Notes: generated by a model not told the origin, from the sequence alone. DNA of 10,757 bases from Candidatus Iainarchaeum sp. (GCA_028693335.1 JAQUVR010000018.1:1-10757), one strand, 5' to 3'; numbered from the stretch's first letter, positions 1-6,289 are shown. Translations and numbers: made by a program.

Positions 1-292
1 GGGTTCTATTATTTTTCAGTTCAGAAACAAAATAAGAAACAACCTCTTTTTCAAAATCCTTAGACACATCAAAAACATAATGGGGCACATTTAAAGAATC
101 GCAGATCTTTTTTGCAATTAAAATAGAATCTTTAGTGCAACAAGAATTTTCTCTGCATTTACCTTTTTGCCAAACTGGCAATTTTAAAGACAAACCAATA
201 GGATCATATCCTTTTTGTTTTAACAACACCAAAGCTATTGCAGAATCAACTCCACCAGATAATCCAACAACAATTTTTTTTTTAATTTTCAT
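1..292 (-). CDS. mnmA: MnmA-type tRNA 2-thiouridine synthase (PP-loop ATPase); N-terminal 97 codons only, the gene runs off the left edge
   Basis: Translated by hand from ATG at 292..290 (not in the ORF track because it is truncated): MKIKKKIVVGLSGGVDSAIALVLLKQKGYDPIGLSLKLPVWQKGKCRENSCCTKDSILIAKKICDSLNVPHYVFDVSKDFEKEVVSYFVSELKNNRT, and the next codon starts with C. It has the SGGVDS PP-loop, a GY-x-x-x-G block and a Cys-x-x-x-D block. The sequence ends in ..EL/YK-x-x-RT(P), as in the MnmA GRTPNPC region. No in-frame stop back to base 1. Confidence 0.75.
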   Translation of the reverse strand, partial: MKIKKKIVVGLSGGVDSAIALVLLKQKGYDPIGLSLKLPVWQKGKCRENSCCTKDSILIAKKICDSLNVPHYVFDVSKDFEKEVVSYFVSELKNNRT

Positions 293-1479
293 AAATTTTC
301 TTGATTTTTTGAAATTTTTATTAGCTCTGTTTTTGAAATTGCATCAAATATCAATTTATCAGAATCAACAATATTCTTTTCCAGATCAATAACAAAATCT
401 AATTTTGCTTTTGTTTGAGGGTGTTTGTCTACCATAAAAGAACAACAATCAGGGTATGGTAAAATAGATAAATCATAAGTGCCAATTTTTTTTGCAACTG
501 AAATGATTTCTTCTTTATTTAATCCGATTAATGGTGTTAATATAGGTAGTTTACTAGAATCATAAATACACAATAGATTATCTAATGTCTGAGAAGCAAC
601 CTGCCCAACACTATCCCCAGTAACAATTGCTTTTGCGTTTTCTTTTTTTGCAATTTGATTAATTATTTTTAACATATATCTTCTATAAATAATCATTCTA
701 TAATCAGCAGGAACAAAAGTAATTATTTGTTTTTGAATATCAGAAAATGGAACAACATAAAGTTTTGCAAAATTTTGATATTTTGATAATACTTCACAAA
801 GTTTATAAATTTTTGATTTTAAAGAACTAACATCTAATGTTCCTGAAAGAATGTGAACAAAAACAACCTTACACCCCCTAGTCATTAAATAATATGCAGA
901 AACCGGGCTATCAATACCACCAGACAAAGAACAAATTACTGTTCCACTAGATCCAGTCGGAAGACCACAAAGTCCAGGTGTTTTTTTTGTATATACAAAA
1001 ATTTCGGTTTCAGTTACTTCTATAAAAATTTCTAAATCTGGTTTGTCTAGATTTACTTTTTTTTTATATTTCTTTATTACTTCTGCACCAACCAATTCAT
1101 TTATTTTTTGAGAGGTGTATGGAAATTGTTTATTTGATCTCCTTGCATTAACTTTAAAGGTTTCAAACTCTTTCTCATTTATTAATCCAAAGACACAATC
1201 ACAGATATCACTTATTTCTTTTTTACAAGCAACAACAAAAGCAAAAAAAGCAATTCCGATTATGTCTGATAATTTTTTAGAAATTTCTTCAATTTGTTTT
1301 TCTAAAAGATCCTCTTTTAATAAACAAACAACAATACCATACCTTCTGTTTGTTTTCAACACATATGGCTCTAAAACAAAATTAATGTTTTTAATCAACT
1401 GCCCTTCAAATTTAGATCTGTTTCCTTTCTTTATACCAATTTCACTATAGTGAATAACAATGTGTGTGTATTTTGTCAT
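289..1479 (-). CDS. thiI: tRNA 4-thiouridine(8) synthase ThiI (THUMP + PP-loop), no rhodanese domain
   Basis: 396-aa ORF. The N-terminus IVIHYSEIGIKKGNRSKFE matches the ThiI pattern (EI.LKG.NR..FE). It has the PP-loop SLSGGIDSPVSAYY and the C-terminal catalytic-Cys region PYPDCCSFMVDKHPQTKA. The ORF ends about 50 aa later, so there is no room for a rhodanese domain. Confidence 0.9.
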   Translation of the reverse strand: MTKYTHIVIHYSEIGIKKGNRSKFEGQLIKNINFVLEPYVLKTNRRYGIVVCLLKEDLLEKQIEEISKKLSDIIGIAFFAFVVACKKEISDICDCVFGLINEKEFETFKVNARRSNKQFPYTSQKINELVGAEVIKKYKKKVNLDKPDLEIFIEVTETEIFVYTKKTPGLCGLPTGSSGTVICSLSGGIDSPVSAYYLMTRGCKVVFVHILSGTLDVSSLKSKIYKLCEVLSKYQNFAKLYVVPFSDIQKQIITFVPADYRMIIYRRYMLKIINQIAKKENAKAIVTGDSVGQVASQTLDNLLCIYDSSKLPILTPLIGLNKEEIISVAKKIGTYDLSILPYPDCCSFMVDKHPQTKAKLDFVIDLEKNIVDSDKLIFDAISKTELIKISKNQENL

Positions 1480-1504
1480 AATTTTTCAAATTTAAAAATA
1501 GTTA

Positions 1505-1520
1505 AATATATATAAATAAA
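1505..1520 (-). promoter_or_regulatory. TATA-like element upstream of thiI
   Basis: The minus strand reads TTTATTTATATATATT, 26-41 nt upstream of the thiI ATG (1479). No SD-like motif lies between them, which suggests a leaderless or short-leader transcript. Confidence 0.3.
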
Positions 1521-1710
1521 GAATGCAAACATTTAAAAATCAAAATAATCAAAAAAAAGTTAAATTGGTTCAGCCAACCCAAATTTTAGGCGACTCTAAA
1601 AAAAGAGAAATACACTCTTGTTTTTATATATTTTGGTACAAAATATATTCTTATATGGTATTTGTTTTAATTAAAAAAAACAAGTGATAATAAAAAAATA
1701 AACGAATTTT

Positions 1711-1716
1711 GAGGTG
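1711..1716 (+). promoter_or_regulatory. Shine-Dalgarno-like GAGGTG upstream of or overlapping the sepF start
   Basis: GAGGTG is a substring of the usual archaeal SD consensus (A)GGAGGTGATC. It lies 6 nt before the in-frame GTG at 1723. Confidence 0.4.
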
Positions 1717-2070
1717 GTTTTGGTGGCATTTTTTGAAGGTGTATTCGCAAAAAAAGATAATTTAGATATGGATGATTTTTTAAATAACATGGAAGTTGAA
1801 GAGGAACCAGAAGAAGTTGACTTTTACATAAAATCCATAAATCTACAAACAAACGCAGAAGTTGAAGAAACAATTAGAGAGCTTAAACAAAGAAATATTG
1901 TTATTTTAGATATAGAAAACTTATCTAAGAGAAACGCACAAAGAGCAAAACAATTTTTAGGTCAAATAAAAATGTTTGTTAAAGATAATGGCGGAGATTT
2001 AGCTTTAATTTCAAATGGTAAAGTTTTATTAACTCCATCAAAAGTAAAAATCTTTAAGAAAAGAAATTAA
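1714..2070 (+). CDS. sepF: Cell division protein SepF homolog (FtsZ membrane anchor)
   Basis: 118-aa ORF with the SepF-like core FYIKSINLQTNAEVEETIRELKQRNIVILDIENLSKRNAQRAKQFLGQIKMFVKDNGGDLALISNGKVLLTPSKVKI. This fits the family pattern of a conserved G/N-IVI-(L)D-x-x-x-L block followed by GG-x-x-x-I...L-x-P-x-x-V-x-I. The N-terminus VLVAFFEGVFAKK looks like the amphipathic membrane-targeting helix. The start is ambiguous among GTG 1714, in-frame TTG 1720 and GTG 1723. GAGGTG at 1711..1716 is best spaced for the 1723 start. Confidence 0.7.
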   Translation: MVLVAFFEGVFAKKDNLDMDDFLNNMEVEEEPEEVDFYIKSINLQTNAEVEETIRELKQRNIVILDIENLSKRNAQRAKQFLGQIKMFVKDNGGDLALISNGKVLLTPSKVKIFKKRN

Positions 2071-2088
2071 TTGTAATGTTAATTAAAA

Positions 2089-2814
2089 ATGGAATTTAAT
2101 AAAAATTGTTTTCCAATAAACATAGCTCCAGAAGATGCACTTTCTATATTTGAGAAAGAATTTGCGTCTAAAGGGCACAAAGTAAAAATCAATAAAGAAG
2201 GATTAAGATTAGTTGTCCTTCCTTATTGGGTCTGTTTTTTTGATATTGATACTAAGACTAATGGAAAATATAAGCACATTTCTGGTCAAACAGCATTAAA
2301 TGCCACAAAAAATAAAATAGAAGACGAGATCTTAAAACTATTTGAGATCTCTAATCCTAAATTTATTGAAAAATTAGAAATTAATCTTATTGAAAGAATT
2401 GATGTAAAAATCAAGAAACTTGTTCTAACTAAAGAAGAATCTGAAAAAATAATCTTAAAAACAATATTAAGTAAATACTCAACAACAAAAGAAGAAGTTG
2501 CATTAAGTGGTTTTGATGAAATTTGGGTGCCATTTTGGAAAATGACAGTTAATAAAAAAGATTATATTTTTGATGCAACAGACAATAAATTAAATAATTT
2601 CAATGAAATTGTTGTTAAACAAAAATCAAATAATGAACTATTTACAGAAATGATAGAAGAGATTAAAGAACCATCTAAATTATTGGGATATTTTGGATAT
2701 ATTTTTAAAAATATTTTTAAGTTGTTTAAAAATATTATGTTATTTTTATATAAGCACAGCACAATTTTTTTATTAATAGTGCTTTTAATATTGCTATTTT
2801 TATTATTTATTTAA
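2089..2814 (+). CDS. Hypothetical tail-anchored membrane protein with two copies of a ~55-65 aa module; likely co-transcribed with sepF
   Basis: 241-aa ORF starting 18 nt after the sepF stop. It has no N-terminal signal. A single hydrophobic stretch, STIFLLIVLLILLFLLFI (aa 224-241), runs to the very last residue. The internal repeat pairs aa 14-77 with aa 115-168: PEDALSIFEKEFASKG/KEESEKIILKTILSKY, LPYW/VPFW and LNATKNKI/FDATDNKL. I recognise no family. Confidence 0.6.
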   Translation: MEFNKNCFPINIAPEDALSIFEKEFASKGHKVKINKEGLRLVVLPYWVCFFDIDTKTNGKYKHISGQTALNATKNKIEDEILKLFEISNPKFIEKLEINLIERIDVKIKKLVLTKEESEKIILKTILSKYSTTKEEVALSGFDEIWVPFWKMTVNKKDYIFDATDNKLNNFNEIVVKQKSNNELFTEMIEEIKEPSKLLGYFGYIFKNIFKLFKNIMLFLYKHSTIFLLIVLLILLFLLFI

Positions 2815-3720
2815 AATATTTAATAGATCATCAATTGTCTTAGACATACAAATCTTATTCTTAATAATTTTTGCGTTTGGCAAACCATTTGACAATTGAA
2901 GCAAAACTAATTTCTGCGCACTAATTGATTCTTTATTCTTGTTTGCAAATTTTAAATAATCAAAAATCACATCTATTTTAGATTTTTGAAAAAATTCTTT
3001 GCCATTTACAAAACAATTAATTTTTGAAAAAACTTGAGGATCTTTTAATGCTGCTCTTCCAATCATTAAATCAGAAAATTCTTCAAATTTTAAAAAAGAT
3101 TCAAAATTATTAGAATTAACGTCTCCATTATAGATCAATGGACAAGAAATATTTTTTTTAATAGATCTGACAGAATCAAAATCAGATTTTGTGGCATAAT
3201 TTTCACTAGCTAATCTGCCGTGAACAGAAAGAGCATCAACACCAATTTTTTCTAATTCTAAAGACATTTTATTTATTTCATTTTTATCATAACCAAGTCT
3301 AGTTTTTACGGTCACTATAAAATTAGTTGTCTCTTTTATTTCTTTAATAACTTCAAATGCTGCTGCTCTATGCTTTAAAAGAAAAGCACCGGATTTAGTG
3401 GAAATTACTTTTCTTGATGGGCACCCAAAATTAAAATCAATTATCTTATATTTTTTTTTTGATGCAATAACATCAATTGCAGAAAAAGTATTTAATCTAT
3501 CCCTAAAATCTCCCACCAATTGAATAGCAGTAGGCGTTTGTGATATTTTTGGTAGTTTTTCTGCATTAATTATTTTATTTATGTGAATCATTTCAGAAAA
3601 TAAAAAACCACAATGATAATATTCACAAAGATCTCTAAAGCTATTATTTGTATATTCTAACATTGGTGCTAAAACGCCTTTTTTTCTAATGGCAACATTA
3701 CCAATTTTATAATAGATCAT
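2803..3720 (-). CDS. dus: tRNA-dihydrouridine synthase (Dus family flavoenzyme)
   Basis: 305-aa ORF carrying the canonical Dus blocks in order: LAPMLEYTNNSFRDLC, IDFNFGCPSRKV, VTVKTRLG, LSVHGR and PLIYNGDV. Confidence 0.85.
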   Translation of the reverse strand: MIYYKIGNVAIRKKGVLAPMLEYTNNSFRDLCEYYHCGFLFSEMIHINKIINAEKLPKISQTPTAIQLVGDFRDRLNTFSAIDVIASKKKYKIIDFNFGCPSRKVISTKSGAFLLKHRAAAFEVIKEIKETTNFIVTVKTRLGYDKNEINKMSLELEKIGVDALSVHGRLASENYATKSDFDSVRSIKKNISCPLIYNGDVNSNNFESFLKFEEFSDLMIGRAALKDPQVFSKINCFVNGKEFFQKSKIDVIFDYLKFANKNKESISAQKLVLLQLSNGLPNAKIIKNKICMSKTIDDLLNILNK

Positions 3721-3814
3721 AGTTTTTCTAGTTTAAAAAAATTAAGAACAATTTTATAAATTGTTTTGAATATAATAATATATATTATAAAAAATATATA
3801 AATGTGAACTAATT

Positions 3815-5074
3815 GTGAAATGGGATAAAAATACAATAATATCAATAATACTAGTGGTTCTTTTTTTAGGATCAATAATTGCAGCAGGAGTCGCAGGAAT
3901 AATGGAGAGTGCTTCTCAAAAAGAGGTCTTACCAGAAGATCAAAATAACACTCAAGAACTTTATACAGCACAAACAGATGCAAAGGTACTAGAGATATTT
4001 CCACAAATAACTGTTATTGCAAAACCTCTTGATTTTGATCAAGACAACATAAAAACTAAAATTGATGCAATATCTGGAATTAAAAGCACAACCGTACAAT
4101 TTAATCAAGCAGATGAGAATGAATTTTATGTTATGATTAGTGCAAATATTGAAGCAGACAAAAAAGAAGAAGTCATGGAAAATATTTCAAAGTTAGAATT
4201 TTTAGAATCTATTGAATTATATCAAAGCGCTTTATTAGAGGTGCCATATACAATAACATTTACAAACGATGCAAATAAAGAAATAGAACAAGCATTTGTA
4301 AGTGAAAAAATAGAAGGAATAATTAATCAAACAACTCAAAAAGAAGATCAATTATCTATTTTAGTACAAGCAATATTTGTTGGGGATGTTATGACATATG
4401 TGCGAGGAATAGAACAACAAAATCTTGCTGAAGGAATTCAGATGATTTTTAGTGAATTAAATTTAAATATTGTAAATTGGCAAAATAAATATTTAGTGTC
4501 AGGAACAACAACAATAGACAACAACGTCTCTTCAGAAATAAAAACAGAAATGAATTATGATAATCTAATGATCAACACATATTTTTCTGGTCAATTGATT
4601 GTTGATAATAATATTAATTCTAAACTTGATGAAATAATAGACGAGAATGAATCAATTGTTCTTGATTATAATTTAAGTGATAATGTAACAAAAATAAATT
4701 TAGATCTAGAAAATTTAGATTTAGAAAAATATAATCAATTAATTTTAGATTTATCAGAAATTGATGAGGATCTAAATATTTTGAAAGAGCCAAGTTTGGA
4801 AATTTCAATTTCATTTGATACAAATGACATAAATTTAGAGTTTATGGAAAAATTAGCTGAACTAAATATTCAAAATCCAAAAGTTAAAAAATTAGCAGAT
4901 GTTGATGTATCTAAAATAATCATAGAAAATAAAGAATATGAATATGATCAAAACATAACCAGCACATGGTTAGATTATCCACAAGACATAAACAAAACAG
5001 AAGAATTGTTTACTATTCAAGGATATGTTTCTAGAAACAAAATATTTTATATAAATTTAATAAAAAAAGAATAA
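3815..5074 (+). CDS. Hypothetical N-terminally membrane-anchored, acidic Asn/Ile/Glu/Asp-rich protein (putative surface protein)
   Basis: 419-aa uninterrupted ORF in DNA where stop codons are frequent. It has a GTG start at 3815 and an N-terminal signal-anchor, KWDKNT-IISIILVVLFLGSIIAAGVAGIM. The remainder is strongly acidic, with nine N-x-S/T sequons by my count. I recognise no family motif. Confidence 0.7.
   Translation: MKWDKNTIISIILVVLFLGSIIAAGVAGIMESASQKEVLPEDQNNTQELYTAQTDAKVLEIFPQITVIAKPLDFDQDNIKTKIDAISGIKSTTVQFNQADENEFYVMISANIEADKKEEVMENISKLEFLESIELYQSALLEVPYTITFTNDANKEIEQAFVSEKIEGIINQTTQKEDQLSILVQAIFVGDVMTYVRGIEQQNLAEGIQMIFSELNLNIVNWQNKYLVSGTTTIDNNVSSEIKTEMNYDNLMINTYFSGQLIVDNNINSKLDEIIDENESIVLDYNLSDNVTKINLDLENLDLEKYNQLILDLSEIDEDLNILKEPSLEISISFDTNDINLEFMEKLAELNIQNPKVKKLADVDVSKIIIENKEYEYDQNITSTWLDYPQDINKTEELFTIQGYVSRNKIFYINLIKKE
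4697..4726 (+). repeat. 15-nt tandem duplication inside the 419-aa ORF (encodes NLDLE-NLDLE)
   Basis: AATTTAGATCTAGAA (4697..4711) is followed directly by AATTTAGATTTAGAA (4712..4726), with 14/15 identical. Confidence 0.8.
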
Positions 5075-5083
5075 AATTATTCT
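5068..5083. repeat. Perfect 16-nt palindrome spanning the two convergent stop codons
   Basis: AGAATAA-AA-TTATTCT. Both genes end in GAA TAA (..KKE* on plus, ..ATE* on minus) and are 2 nt apart. Confidence 0.9.
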
Positions 5084-5418
5084 GTTGCTAAAGATATGGC
5101 CTTTGCTATATCTCCCTCTGTTTTTTCTAATAATTTTTTTGCGTCTTCTTTTGAAAGTTTAGTTGATTCGCAAACCATTAAAATATCATCTTCTGGGATT
5201 TCAAGATTTTTCTCGGTTTTTACATCTCCAGATATTTGGAAACTTTTTTGTCCTTGCATACTTATTTCTGTTACTGATGGGTTTTCTATAATTATTTTCT
5301 TATTGTCATTTGTTTCAATAATAACGCGTTTTGCAGAAATTTCATTATTTTCAATACCCATCTGTTTCATCATAGATTGTATTCTTCTTGGGTCTAACCC
5401 ACCTAAATTTGGCATCAT
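5077..5418 (-). CDS. nac: Nascent polypeptide-associated complex protein (archaeal NAC, NAC domain + C-terminal UBA)
   Basis: 113 aa. It opens with MMPNLGGLDPRRIQSMMKQMGIE, followed by the NAC beta-barrel segment AKRVIIETNDNKKIIIENPSVTEISMQGQKSFQISG. The UBA-like tail is IPEDDILMVCESTKLSKEDAKKLLEKTEGDIAKAI. This is the typical archaeal NAC layout and size. Confidence 0.9.
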   Translation of the reverse strand: MMPNLGGLDPRRIQSMMKQMGIENNEISAKRVIIETNDNKKIIIENPSVTEISMQGQKSFQISGDVKTEKNLEIPEDDILMVCESTKLSKEDAKKLLEKTEGDIAKAISLATE

Positions 5419-5424
5419 AAAATT

Positions 5425-5429
5425 ACCTC
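5425..5429 (-). promoter_or_regulatory. Shine-Dalgarno-like GAGGT for nac
   Basis: The minus strand reads AGAGAGGTAATTTT-ATGATG, so GAGGT lies 6 nt upstream of the first ATG (5418). Confidence 0.45.
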
Positions 5430-5546
5430 TCTAATTATATATACAAATAATTATTCTAAAAAAAGATTAAAAAGAGATTGTTCTGTTTTTAAACCTTTTT
5501 AATATTGTTTTATATTACATAAAGAACTATAAAAAAGATCATTAAA

Positions 5547-6176
5547 ATGAAACAATCAAAAACCATAAATAATTATGATAGTTTTGTTCAAGAATATAAC
5601 ATTGAAAAAAACATTAATGATAAGAAATGCTTAGATGTTTTTTTTAAAAAAAGATTTTTGATTTTAGATAACTCTAGAATTAGATATCCAACAATAAGAG
5701 ATATTAATCAAAAAATTCAAGAACTAGATGAAAATAAACAAAAACTAACAAAACTAAAAAACTTCTGGAAAAAAGAATTGTTTTTAGCAAAAACATATGA
5801 TCAAAAAATTAAGTACACTAAATTTATTAAAAAAAAGTTTTGGCAACACAAATTAAAACAAATAACAAATAAAGAATATAGTGATGATGTGAAAAATGCC
5901 AGATTAACTGATAACACATTATTAGATCCTAGATACGAAAGACTATTTGATACATTTTTAACCGATTATGATTATAGAAAAAAATTAGTAGACACAGTTA
6001 ACAAATCTTTAATTTATAAAGAATCAGATATTGGAGACCACAGTAAAAAAAAACAAAAATTAAAAGCCGATAATGCCAAAAATATGTTGGACTCAATATC
6101 CGAAAAAATAAATCTGATCAATCTAGAGATTGAAGCCAACAAAATTATTTTAAAATATTTAAAAAAACAGAATTGA
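5547..6176 (+). CDS. Hypothetical lysine-rich, predicted coiled-coil protein
   Basis: 209-aa ORF with no hydrophobic segment and very high Lys content. Heptad-like stretches occur near the N-terminal third (INQKIQELDENKQKLTKLKNFWKKEL) and the C-terminus (KKQKLKADNAKNMLDSISEKINLINLEIEANKIILKYLKK). These flank an aromatic/acidic middle (LLDPRYERLFDTFLTDYDYRKK). It is followed by a hairpin plus T-run. I recognise no family. Confidence 0.6.
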   Translation: MKQSKTINNYDSFVQEYNIEKNINDKKCLDVFFKKRFLILDNSRIRYPTIRDINQKIQELDENKQKLTKLKNFWKKELFLAKTYDQKIKYTKFIKKKFWQHKLKQITNKEYSDDVKNARLTDNTLLDPRYERLFDTFLTDYDYRKKLVDTVNKSLIYKESDIGDHSKKKQKLKADNAKNMLDSISEKINLINLEIEANKIILKYLKKQN

Positions 6177-6191
6177 ATTTATTTGATATTT

Positions 6192-6221
6192 CTTGTTTTT
6201 TCAAAAAGCAAGAGTTTTTTT
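6192..6221 (+). terminator. Hairpin plus T7 run downstream of the 209-aa ORF
   Basis: CTTG(6192..6195) TTTTTTCAAAAAG CAAG(6209..6212) can extend through T/A pairs. It is followed by AG and then seven T (6215..6221), and begins 16 nt after the TGA stop at 6174..6176. Oligo-T tracts are archaeal termination signals. Confidence 0.45.
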
Positions 6222-6257
6222 AAAATATATATTCTTTTTAATTATTTTCTTGTGATA

Positions 6258-6265
6258 TTTATATA
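6258..6265 (+). promoter_or_regulatory. TATA-box-like TTTATATA upstream of valS
   Basis: It matches the archaeal TATA consensus TTTAWATA and is centred about 28 nt upstream of ATG 6290. That spacing would give a leaderless or near-leaderless mRNA. TATA-like strings are common in DNA this AT-rich, so confidence is low. Confidence 0.35.
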
Positions 6266-6289
6266 TAATATATATAATGTGAATAAAAA

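Noticed and set aside
135-392. 85-aa plus-strand ORF across the mnmA/thiI junction
   Set aside because: It is antisense to the PP-loop region of mnmA and the thiI C-terminus, both supported by motifs.
1115-1450. 111-aa plus-strand ORF inside thiI
   Set aside because: It is antisense to a confidently identified ThiI, and its composition is typical of an antisense shadow ORF.
1667-1873. 68-aa minus-strand ORF overlapping the sepF start
   Set aside because: It is antisense to the SepF-like ORF, is Leu-rich and low in complexity, and shows no motif.
2562-2762. 66-aa minus-strand ORF inside the 241-aa ORF; the same applies to 4620..4823, 7126..7311 and 10309..10503
   Set aside because: All are short antisense shadows within longer ORFs or ORFs with motif support. 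The 10309..10503 ORF is antisense to the eS1 N-terminus.
3748-3764. Inverted repeat ACAATTT-TAT-AAATTGT over a TATA-like box in the dus/419-aa-ORF divergent promoter, as a possible regulator site
   Set aside because: 7-nt AT-rich arms are expected by chance at this composition, and TATA boxes are themselves near-palindromic. No second copy occurs in the window.
3717-4004. 95-aa minus-strand ORF whose TGA overlaps the dus ATG as ATGA, resembling the thiI-mnmA junction
   Set aside because: Its C-terminal third is translated from the AT-rich divergent promoter region, giving IYIFFIIYIIIFK. The rest is antisense to the convincing signal-anchor of the 419-aa ORF. The plus-strand ORF is much longer and is preferred. 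The ATGA here is probably a coincidence.
5096-5434. 112-aa plus-strand ORF almost exactly antisense to nac
   Set aside because: The minus-strand frame gives a textbook archaeal NAC. The plus-frame product is Ser/Phe/Ile-rich and low in complexity, as expected from reading Lys/Glu-rich codons backwards. It has no motif or plausible start context.
5881-5911. C/D-box-like string GTGATGA ... CTGA
   Set aside because: It lies inside the 209-aa ORF. There is no C' box, no terminal D box and no terminal stem within the expected 50-70 nt. In AT-rich DNA these short boxes occur by chance.
5547-6176. Idea that the 209-aa coiled-coil protein is a prefoldin-like chaperone because it sits beside nac
   Set aside because: The idea rests only on coiled-coil ends and adjacency. 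The protein is larger than prefoldin subunits, and I see no motif-level support, so the protein is kept as hypothetical.
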